Below, in pieces: positions 27,067 through 37,704 of a DNA stretch of 64,000 nt. Within the stretch, counting starts at the first letter, position 1; every line of letters begins with the position of its first letter. The position numbers and the translations under genes are program-made. Origin of the DNA: Antedon mediterranea (lineage: Eukaryota > Animalia > Echinodermata); assembly GCF_964355755.1 (NCBI RefSeq), contig NC_092677.1:7400101-7464100 (forward strand). The letters are read 5' to 3'. Below the pieces are notes generated by a model. It worked only from the letters and a program-made list of their open reading frames with translations, was not told the origin of the DNA and ran no database searches.

Positions 27067-27905
27067 TAAAAACATAACGTAAATAAAAAAACTCGGTTTG
27101 TCTTCCAGTCCAAGTGCAAACTTTATTATTAACCGAACATTTCTTTTTCATTTATGTGTAGAAAGTTCAGTTATTTCCAAAGATTTTATTATTAAAAATA
27201 AATAAAAATTAATGAATGTATTTTTGATTTATAAACAAGTTTTATGAAGGATACTATGTATGTTCTTTAAACTATAGTTTTAAATAGTATTCAATATAGT
27301 AATACTTTATATATATAAATGACAAAAGAATGTTTATTTAAATTTTAAAATTAAAGAATTTTAATTCATAAACAAAATAGAATATTTAAATAATATCTTG
27401 TGTGTTCTTTTTGTTCCATTAATTTGAAGAAATTTATTTTTAATCTGGTCATGATGAATAATAGACAAGCAGTATCATGTCTTGTGACAATAAACATTCT
27501 GCAGTATCGCGTCTTCTGACGGCAATCTTCATCTCATGAGATAATCGGCTGGAGCTTTTAATGTGGCTCCATAGATTCTAAGATATTTGTATCAATAAAC
27601 ACTTAATCATTTTCATTGAATATTAATAGCTGCACTTAAGTACGAGTGAGCCAGCTAAGAGCTAAGTAAATCGCTTCATTTTAAAATCTTAATATAAGGG
27701 AACAGTTCGTTTTGAAAGCTTAGATTAGATGTGAGAATTTCTTAATGAAATGTAAAATGTGTGCATACATGTATATACTTATGTGTAGTGCGTCTTAGCG
27801 CGCAGCCGAGGAGTTTCCGTGAGAATTTTGACCGTAGTAGGGAGTGCGTTTGCGGTTGCTGGTTTCTTCAGGTTTACAACAGGAATCATCAGTGTTTCGT
27901 AAAAA

Positions 27906-30900
27906 ATGCACCACTATATATACCCAGAACATGAAGTAACAACTTTTTTGTTCGCTGATATTCTTTATTATTGTTTTATACCGTTTGTTTATATTGGAAA
28001 TCTTTTTACGATCGTTCTTCTATCGATTGTCTTCCGTAAACGACGAAAACCTGCCGATTTAATCGTCGCTTTCTTATCACTAAACGATTTTTTTCTCGGC
28101 GTCTTCCTATGCACCCCGACGTTAGTAGCTACCGGGAAAGGAAAATGGCCCGGAGAGACATTCTGCTATATCTACGCTCACTTATACAGTTGGCATATGA
28201 ATGTGAAGTTTTTCCTTGTGATTATGGTAGCTGTTGATCGTTATATCGCGATTGTAAAACCATTTCAATATGTCATTATCGTAACAGAATCTAAGATATC
28301 AAAGATAATTATAAGTTATATACTCATATTTGGCGTGGTAGTCGGTGCAGTATTCCTGGTCACCGAGCCTTACTTGATGCCTGGCTGGTTTTGCACTCCG
28401 AGACTTTGGAAAGAAACCTTTTCGCCAAATGAAACTGAGCATCATGGAACGATCGAGTCACATACTGCGCTCATTGTGTGTTACTGTGGCTTAATAATTT
28501 ATGGTTCTGTTGGTATGTCGGTTATGCTCTTTTGTAATTTCTCCGTTTTTCGAGTATTTCGTAAGAAGATACATTTAGCCAATTCTGAGAAGAGATTCAT
28601 GCATATGATGATTGTTATAGTAATTGCCTTTTTGGCCGTATGGATACCTCACGCTGTAAGTAAAAATTATTATAGTTTAATTGTCCCTATGGCCGTTTGG
28701 ATACCTTTTTTTTTATCTTGAAACTAATTAGGCCTAGATGAAACAAATTAATGATAATAATAATTTATAAGTTACTTTATTTTTTTTTAATTTGACAAAA
28801 TGAATTGAATATTCACAAATGTACTTAGGGCGTACTTCTTAAATTGACTGCTGACCAATAGAATGATGGTTTACCAAACTTTAGTTAGTTGAAGATTTTA
28901 CTATTGGAATCGGCAAAAAAAGAGGAAATGTTAGATAGGAGATGTATACAGCACACAAATACAAACTATGGCTGATTAACGATACAATTTGATTGAATAT
29001 CTCACAGTTAATAATGTGAAAAAGTCACCAGTCTATGATACCGAATGAAAACGGTTATTTCAGTGCATTAGGCCTAGGCATACAATGTAAACATACTTTA
29101 ATGATGAAAACGCATGTCACACCCGCTGATAGTGAAGTTTATTAGGGCTGAAATAAGGGTGTTGACCACCTTATACGAATTCAATTTTTGATGCAAGCAA
29201 AATTACCCCTTGCGTCACGTAATTTGCATAATTTAAAATGGCGGACATTTTCATTTAAAAACTCAATATCTCTTAAACTACTGGTCATAGAGTGACCGGA
29301 AGTAGGCCTACCAGTTTTAACGTTTGACCCATATTTTAAGGCATTGCCATCTCAGTTAATAGTTGTCACAGACAGTTTATTTGTTCAGAATATATATGTT
29401 CCTATTTAATTTAGTTTAATGAAACATTTAATTCAAAAATGCCCGGAAGTACGCAGTTTTGCCTTTGACCTTTTGACGAAAGGAGAGACCATAATATAGT
29501 TCGAGTCTCGGTTGGGGCGAATTTTTCTCATTCTCACAGATTTCCTCATCTTTATCGTTTCAAATTAATTAATTAGCCTAAATTTCAGTATATCACCGGG
29601 CGGTTCAGAATTAATTCTTTGCCTGATTTGTTTATATATATATAATCTGCAGACAGTAGCCTACTGTTTCGATCTTATTAGATCTCGTCAGTGCAGCTAA
29701 GGTTTAGAAATGAAATGTACCGCATATATAAATATGGTTTGTTTGTTTCTTTCTTTATTTCCATTCACAACAAAAACATAAACATACATAAATATTCATT
29801 ACATATATGAATGGGAAGACCCTATATTACGGATCCTAATGGTAATTCATCATTAACTAACAACATGCATTAAGCTTTTCATAATATGGCATTGATATCT
29901 CGACATACTCTTGTACTATTTTGGGTAACTCCTCAATTGAGGGAATAGGTTTTGATAGCTCTTTTTTAAAACCACCCGCTGTTAAACTGTTGGAAAGCCA
30001 ATTATAAATAGGCTCTATATCCCAAATTGACTGGGCCACGTTCCACTCTACACTTGGCTTCCTGTCCCAGCTTAGTAAACCATCGTTATACTCAAACCCA
30101 ACGGCTTCACAATATTTTTGTAGAACTTGTTTAGGATTTTTTAGCAAATCGTCTGCATTTACAACAAATGGTTTCTTGTCGTTTTCATTTTCAAGGTAGC
30201 AGTATAGTTCCCAAAGCTCTTGATAGCCCAAGCCTTCTGGAAGCCAACGAGAAAGGTTGCCATCTACGTCATCTGCACCGGTAGATACCATCACATTGTA
30301 ATAAGACAAGAATGATTTGATTGGATGTCGTATAAGAAATGAGTGTTTATAGCCTTTAGCGATTTTATCATACCGTTTATGAACGGCGTAACCCATGTCT
30401 TTTACAAAGACACATTTATTCTCTAGTGATTTATCTTCCAGACTTGCCTTCACTTTGCTATAAGTATACTCCAATTCAGCAGGAGAATTATCCATTGAGA
30501 TAAGACGTCCTTCCGGGCCGTAGTGATCTGCGCAACCGTATGGTTCATAATATATTGCTACATTGTGAATACTTTCCATGCTTCTGGTAAAGGCGGTTGA
30601 CAGGGATCTTGGAACTGCCCAAAGAAAAACGTGCGCATTTCTTGATGACGTCATGGTTTTCTACATTTCAAAATAATATAAGATAAATCTTTATTGTCAT
30701 AAACACAATATTGGCATAACAATTTTACAGGTACTGTAAACATCTACACCCGCAGAAGAATCACATTATATACAATACATGGGAAACTTTGGAAAAAGAC
30801 ATAGGGCCTATTGATATTGAATTAGTTTTACACTTTCAAAGACCAGAGTTGAGTACATGCTTTTTAAAGGGTCATAAATATTTCCATTATTTCTTATAGG

Positions 30901-32105
30901 CTTGTTTTTAGACCATATTATGTCAACAACAAAACGTTACTTATGTGTTCAAGTCGAAAGAATAACAGTAACATAACTTGTATTGTAAACGTAGCCTGTA
31001 GGTATGCGATGAATATAAAGTCATTTTTTGTTGGTACACTGACCTTTTATCCTTCCGAAATTTGGATACTACATAGGCTGTTAAAGACTGTTAAAAACAA
31101 GCAAACCTACACACAGACAAAAATGAAAACATACTTTTTTATTTATTATTATTTTTTTAATACGAATGAACAACTCGTAGTGAATGAACACCAGCTTCTC
31201 CCATTGTTTGGCATTCATTCATTTGATGAAAAGAATATTTATATACAACTAGAATTTCCAAATTATGCTAGTTTTAGTCAAATTATGCAATTTTTTTCCA
31301 AAATATGTCAGATAGTATGATAATTCTTTGTGAATGTACTGTAGATTTGCGTTTTTTAAATTATGCCAGATTATGCCAGATTTTCTAAAATTATACCCAG
31401 CATAAATGCTAGATGCCAGATGGGTCAAAATTATGCCAGATGGCATTATGCCAGATTTGGCCACTTTTACAGAAACGAATAAATAGACACAATGATTTAT
31501 GTAGTCAAACAAAATTAGCAACCTGGGAAAGAGAGAGAGAAACTTGTCACAAAATGGGTCCAATTTGTTTTATTTGGACTCATATAAAACCGGGCTGTTT
31601 AGAATTAATGTTCTTTGCCTGATGTGTTTATATATATATATAAACACATCAGGCAATGAACATTAATTCTAAACTGCCCGGTGATATACTGAAATTTAAT
31701 TAATTAATTTGAAACGATAAAGATGAGGAAATCTGTGAGAATGAGAAAAAGTCGCCCTAACCGAGACTCGAACTCGGACCGCCTGCTTGATATGCAGATG
31801 TCCTAACCATAGACCATTGGGGCTTTTATGGTATTGTTCAAACTATATATATGAATATATATATATATATATATATATAAATCCAAAGGCAAATTACTGA
31901 AAAAAATGACAATGCTGTGGGTATCAGTGGCTGGATCTCAATGGAGATACAAAAAAAAAGCGAAAAGCTAAATCAAAACGATAAAGTAAACAGCCAGAAA
32001 AGTTAGCAGAGCTTTCTTGAAAAACTAGCCCTTCATCAGTGCAAGTGAGGGAATTTGATATATATATATCATATTCAATCTTTTATTTCTGAATCTCTGG
32101 TCCAG

Positions 32106-32157
<52 letters not shown>

Positions 32158-35100
32158 AAACCCAATTTGTGTTTTGTATGTAACATTATGGTTGAGGGAT
32201 GGGGAAAAGGATACAAAAAGGAACAATTTCTAAATACATTCTTATCCACGTACGCAGTAACGAAATATTTTTGTAATGTTTTATAGGCCTATAAATAATA
32301 TACCACTAATATACCACGATCGGAAAATACCTTTATTTGGGGCAAATCGTTTTAATTGTCAATAAATAATTATCTAACTCAATTTAATTAGTAAACAGGG
32401 TTACATCAGGTGGTTAAAATCAGTACCGAAAGTACGAACCAACTTTACCATCGAGTAAACTTTATAGAAGTAATGCGTGATTTACCAAATTTTGGCCTTA
32501 CGTAAATTTTTACCGGTTAGATAAGCATTGCACTGATGAAACTAGTGTTGCCCGAAAGCTCTGCTAACTTAGTCTGGCTGTTTTACTTTATCGTTTTGAT
32601 TTAGCTTTTCGCTTTTTGTTTTGTATCTCCATTGAGATCCAGCCACTGATACCCACAGAATTGTCATTTTTTCAGTAATTCGCCTTTGGATTTATATAAA
32701 TAAGCATAGAAACATTTTAACAAAACTTTGAATAGGAATTTTACCCCTCGAAATAGAAAAAAGGAAGATGGCATAATATACCAAGAAGCAACAGAATTTG
32801 CAAAATGTAATTTATTGTATTGAAGATGAAAACCATATTACCTTTAGTTTGCCCTTTTTATTCTCCCATCAGAAATAATCTAATACTGATGTCCTAGGTC
32901 AAGTGCCATGAACGAACGAACGTATTACCTTTGGTATTTATGTGATATTCATCTACCGTCCCGAAACGGAAGCTCGCTAGTGACTCGTTGGCACATTCAA
33001 TGAAAATAATATAATATTATATAAAAATAACTTTTATTTTCCAAGCATATTGACCACATTGTTAGTAAGAGTAATAGAATGGTTGGCGTCATTTGGAGCC
33101 ACTGTATAGGGGAATTAGCTACCCAAAACACTTTAGAATTATCCTCTGTTATTTTTAATTCAATTTCTGATATTCATACCACAAGGCTCCAACGTGTCTA
33201 AAATAAGTTTGTTAGGTTTCCAGGGGCGGACCCAGAGATGTTGCCCTGTGGCCCGGGAAACACCCTTAATTTCATACTAAATGTTGTTTCTGCCACTACA
33301 TTAAATTTGAGTTCCATTTCATCGTATCTAGCGCCAGCGAATTTAACGACCTTCACAACCAAAATATTTTTTTGTAACAACATTTATTTTAAATGGAACT
33401 CTACAAAAATAATCCTCTGCTTCATCACTGCATGATAACCAGACAAGAACGTATCTTTGTTACGTTTTACTATCAATTTATTTTCATATCACGCAATCCA
33501 TTTTTCAACAATATAGTAGTATAATAACATTTCGATTAAATAGTGAGGGATTAGTTACAGTGTTGACTTTGAATAAACCATTGGTAATTTACTGAAAATC
33601 CAAAATGAACTTGTGTTATATACAAACAAAATTATTCAATCAAAGAATTCGCTCTATTACACATTAATGTCGGTCAATAAACTTCTGACGACTAAAACTA
33701 CGACACTATCAGCTAAAATAATGTATTCGTGATTTTATTTCATCTCTGGCTTGTTACATTATCATGACACATTACCGGACTTCCCCCTCCTCACGCAATG
33801 AACGGCAGTACAGATCTTCCCTATGGCTCGTGTATGTAGCCTACGTCATTCACACGCATAGCAGTTTTACTAGCATCATCACAGATTACATCTAGTGGAT
33901 CAAGCATTCACAATCACACATGAATTAAAAAATGCATCGACGAACGAAATATAGCCTATATTCATTCCTTTTAAATATTAGGCATATAGCCAAGGCTAAT
34001 AATCGATTTGTCAATAATTATTGCTTTTTGCCGGGGTTTTCCATAATCTAAGGCCAATTTTTAGGCCAAATCATAATTGTGCGTATAGTTTTGTATTTCC
34101 GATGCGTGTAGTACCCTATTTATCTCACTTCCGTAAGCCCGTAAATATTAGGCCGAATTTTCGTAGTAATTTATGGACGTTCCGAAATTTGAACCGTGTT
34201 ATACCGGTAGCAGGCGGCAAATTTTGCTTCTTTCTGCAAATGTCCTATCATTATTTTCACTTTTTAAAGTTTATAGTGGATAAATAAAAATGAATTTTTG
34301 GAAATTTTAGTTTTAATATCTGAATATTTAGCATTTAATTCAAAATAATACAATTTAATGGTTTTGATCAATATATTTATAGCAACAATATTTTTTGTAT
34401 AACTTTTTAAAATTGTTAATTGATAATTAATTTACATTAATTGAGTACACAGTTATTAGAATGTATTACCGTACCAAAAGTACCTTCATCGGGTACCTCC
34501 CCGTGACGTTCTTATTGAACGAAAAAAAAAATGTTATCCTGTATTGTTAGTCACGTATATGTTTTATTACCTGCGGCTACAATCCTTTGTTTGCTAGCGC
34601 ATTTAGAGTGGGTGACATTTTTCCGGCGAACTAGAGGTGGTGCAATTTATCATGAATTTTACGTGCGAGAGTACCAATTGCGGCCATCTGGGGGTGTCAT
34701 TTAACAATTTGCTTGCTCAAATACTCAGTCGGTTTTTGGGAAACCCTCTTAAAATAGTTCTGCGACCGCCCCTGGTTTCTTTTTAACTTGAACCTCTTAT
34801 GTTTAGAAGAAGTGTGTCTGATTTAATGTTTCTTTATAAGAGTGTCAATTGTTTGTTTTGCTTCTGTTCTCTTTTCAGTTTACATGCTCCTTCTCGTAAA
34901 ACTAGAGTCAAGTCCACTTTTTATGTTCCGTTTAATAGAGTAAATGTCTCGAAAATGGGGTTTCGGACACGCTTGCCTTCTTTGTATAACTTTTTAAGTG
35001 AGTCTAATGTTAATATATATTTTTTTCAATAGTTATTCTTCAATCAAGACTCATTGTATTCTTTTTTTAAATAATCGTGCTAAATTTTTTACTATACTTA

Positions 35101-37704
35101 TTTATTCATGTTTCAAATCAAATCAAATCAAATCCATTTATTGCAACAAAGTAAACATTGTTGAATTTACAATTCAAAAATAAATAAGGTAAAACACAAG
35201 TAAATATTACAATATAAAATTACATTAAAATATGAGTATTTATTGTATCTGTTTTCTGTTTCATACCTTTAAGTGACAACTTTCGTTGCTGTTGGTTTTG
35301 ATGAAATAAAATAAAATTTAAAAAATACAAAATTCCACAAACTTACCACAAAATGACTTACTGAATTTGTCGTTGTCGAAATAATAAATGACAAACGGAA
35401 CTTATCCAATAGAATGAACAAATGTTGTTTGTTCGGGATGACAATAAAATACGAATTTGCTGAGAAGAGATGTCTAAGGCCGATTTTCCACTAGGCGAAT
35501 TTGTTCGCGCGAATCGAACGCGCCAGCTTGTACGCATGTGTATTCATGTTTACATCTTCCACATCCTTCTCTACGCATGCGTATTAGCTGACGCCTTCGA
35601 TTCGCGCGAACAAATTCGCCTAGTGGAAAATCGGCTTAAGGTAGACTACGCACCTTTTGATTCTAGCAGATCCGAGCAGCATGCAATTCAACAACTGTTA
35701 TCGCGATGAGGGCGTGGTCAGGTTTCATTCTCCATCCATGTGTGAGACAAGTAGTGTCACACCATAGAGTTACTATAGTTGCATTTCTAGCTCTCTGTGT
35801 AAAATGTGCATGCGCGAACGCTAACACGATGCCGCGCACGCGAACATAAATATGTTATATGTTAGCACATGATATGAAATTGATGGGAGTGAGTTTAGTT
35901 GATATAATGGGTTCTGTTATTATATGGAGATACTATTGAAATCATATAATGGGATTTTAAAATATATAAAAATCGTTTTGTTTTTTTAAATAACAATATC
36001 ATGACGTCACAATGGTTTGTAGCTCTTACTACCCGATAATAAAAAAAAATTGGGGGTCGACGAAACTTCTGAAGATTTATTTTAAAAATGCCTTATTTTT
36101 TACCATTCTACCAATTAATTTACGCATTTTGTTATATTTAACGTGCTCGTATAGCGCTATTTTAAGTCAGATGTGATTTCACAAAATGGCGTATAAATAA
36201 CTTCACGGATGAGTGATCACGCTGAAAAGCTTATTTTTAGGAGATTTTATAACTTGAAAGTTTTGTGAAAATTTGGTGATCATTGCAACTTAAGTTTTTG
36301 GAGATACTGTTACACAAAATCTGTACAGAAAAAAATAAAGAAGGGGAATAATAATAATAAAGATTTTTACAACAACAATAGGCGATCTTTTCTTTCTGAC
36401 AGATCACCTAATTATGCTTTCCGGATTTTTTTTTGAAAATGCCACATTGCACACTACAGAGAAACGTATGTAACTAATTAGATTCATTGTATTTACAGAT
36501 GACTGTTTTGGTTTGTTTCAACTTTCATGAGTGGTGTCCATTGGCGTTTTACATAATTTACCGGTTAATTGTGGTAAGCGCAGGATGGAATCCGTTTATA
36601 TATTGTATTGTCAAACCTGGCTACAGAAAAGGTTACTGGATCCTGATTAAGAAATGTCTTCATATTCTAAGTTGTGGGCTATATGCTTCACAAACAGGTA
36701 AGCGTGTTATTAAGGTTTGAATTAAAAAACGCTTGAGAAACGTTTCCAAAAAGATGTAACGTTTGAGAATGTCTCCATGTTGGTTGTTGCCAACAGCAAA
36801 CGTTTGCAAACTCCGAGTTTAGCGCCCTTCTACATACATGATTAAAAAGATTGTCAATTGATTTTAATTTATTTCCACAATATTAGGCCTATAACATACA
36901 TAATGATATAAATAATGTTAACAATAAAAATCTCAAAAGATGCACGGAATATTTGAAACGGTATCAAATCTGCAGTTACAATTAGAAAGAAAATACATAT
37001 ATAGTTTCCTCCACTTGTCTATAGGCCCTACTCAATGACAAAGTTATCTCACCAAATTTGGAGTTTGATTATGTTTGCAAGATACAAGTTTGCCGAAAAT
37101 GCGCAGACTGGCACGCTACAAAGACCGTCTTCAGGAGGAAATTTAGGACCGTCAGAAGACAGTATAGCAGCAACAACTTCGATACCCTACATCCTCAACT
37201 TTGCTACTCCGGCGCAGTTTACCGCCAATAAAATTATCATTGTTGTTTTTTTCTACAGAAAATGAAACGATATCTCAACTAATTAGGAACGATATAGCTC
37301 CACATGCATTTATACATCAACAACGCCTAGCTAAAGAATATAACCAGCCCACTAGCTTCGGAGATACGCAATATACCGTTGATGTAAAGACAGGAAGTAG
37401 GTCTGCATCCACACATAAATCAGGCGTACAATTAGTCTGTTCCAGCAATGTAATCAAGACACATTTGAATGATTCTACAATAAATTGTGCTTCTTCCGAT
37501 AAGGTACCTAAAGACGGTTGTATATTGTTGAAAAGTAAAAGAGCTAGTACACCCGATTACGCACAATATTTAACTTTATTAAAGAAGAGGATGTTAAGTA
37601 AAAAGAATTTACCAAACGTTCGAACTGTCAATGTAATGCCTGTCAATGATACAATTGATTTAGAAAATGTGGTTCGTAAAACTCCGTCTACACTATCAAA
37701 CTAG
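27906..37704 (+). CDS. Class A (rhodopsin-like) GPCR, 3 coding exons, ~464 aa
   Basis: Exon 1 27906-28655 encodes TM1-6 with GN, LSLND, AVDRY and FLAVWIPH. Exon 2 36499-36697 encodes TM7 (WNPFIY) and helix 8. Exon 3 37259-37704 encodes the C-tail. All junctions are GT-AG with compatible phases. Ligand unknown. Confidence 0.88.
29498..29645 (+). mobile_element. Partial copy of the tRNA-containing (TA)n-associated repeat
   Basis: GTTCGAGTCTCGGTTGGGGCGAATTTTTCTCATTCTCACAG...GCCTGATTTGTTTATATATA is the reverse complement of ~31640-31775. Confidence 0.75.
29857..30654 (-). CDS. Sulfotransferase-like P-loop protein (family often labelled branched-chain aminotransferase-like protein 2 N-domain), nested antisense in GPCR intron 1
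   Basis: Uninterrupted 265 aa ORF with WAVPRSLSTAF (PAPS-binding-loop-like), YEPY, VFVKDM, HSFLIRHP.KS..SY and VVNADDLLKNP...L.KYCEAVG motifs. A splice acceptor (TGTAG on minus) lies 6 nt before the ATG. Confidence 0.85.
   Translation of the reverse strand: MTSSRNAHVFLWAVPRSLSTAFTRSMESIHNVAIYYEPYGCADHYGPEGRLISMDNSPAELEYTYSKVKASLEDKSLENKCVFVKDMGYAVHKRYDKIAKGYKHSFLIRHPIKSFLSYYNVMVSTGADDVDGNLSRWLPEGLGYQELWELYCYLENENDKKPFVVNADDLLKNPKQVLQKYCEAVGFEYNDGLLSWDRKPSVEWNVAQSIWDIEPIYNWLSNSLTAGGFKKELSKPIPSIEELPKIVQEYVEISMPYYEKLNACC
31753..31823 (-). tRNA. tRNA-Asp-like cloverleaf (anticodon ATC) embedded in a dispersed repeat; probably a pseudogene or element head
   Basis: GCCCCAA TG GTCT ATGGTTA GGAC A TCTGC ATATCAA GCAGG CGGT CCGAG TTCGAGT CTCGG TTAGGGC G, then ACTTTTT. 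All four stems pair, A and B boxes are present and the discriminator is G. Confidence 0.6.
31880..32050 (-). mobile_element. Penelope-type pLTR/hammerhead repeat copy
   Basis: Reverse complement of 12831-12992; the 3' strand of stem II is mutated. Confidence 0.75.
32528..32698 (+). mobile_element. Penelope-type pLTR/hammerhead repeat copy
   Basis: Direct copy of 12831-12992; the GGG of stem II is lost. Confidence 0.75.
34780..35320 (+). mobile_element. 3' remnant of a non-LTR retrotransposon (CR1/L2/Jockey-group ORF2 C-terminus)
   Basis: LEPLMFRRSVSDLMFLYKSVN...PSRKTR...FYVPFNRVN...F.TR...LYN resembles the post-RT tail of LINE ORF2. Ends in an AATAA-rich tail. Confidence 0.55.
35478..35636. 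mobile_element. PIF/Harbinger-type MITE
   Basis: TAA|GGCCGATTTTCCACTAGGCGAATTTGTTCGCGCGAATCGAA ... TTCGATTCGCGCGAACAAATTCGCCTAGTGGAAAATCGGCT|TAA: ~40 bp near-perfect TIR with a TAA TSD. Confidence 0.85.

Noticed and set aside
27906-28721. Stand-alone single-exon 271 aa GPCR, with 37201-37704 as a separate gene
   Set aside because: The ORF lacks TM7. A GTAAGT donor at 28656 joins in phase to the NPxxY exon at 36499 and then to 37259.
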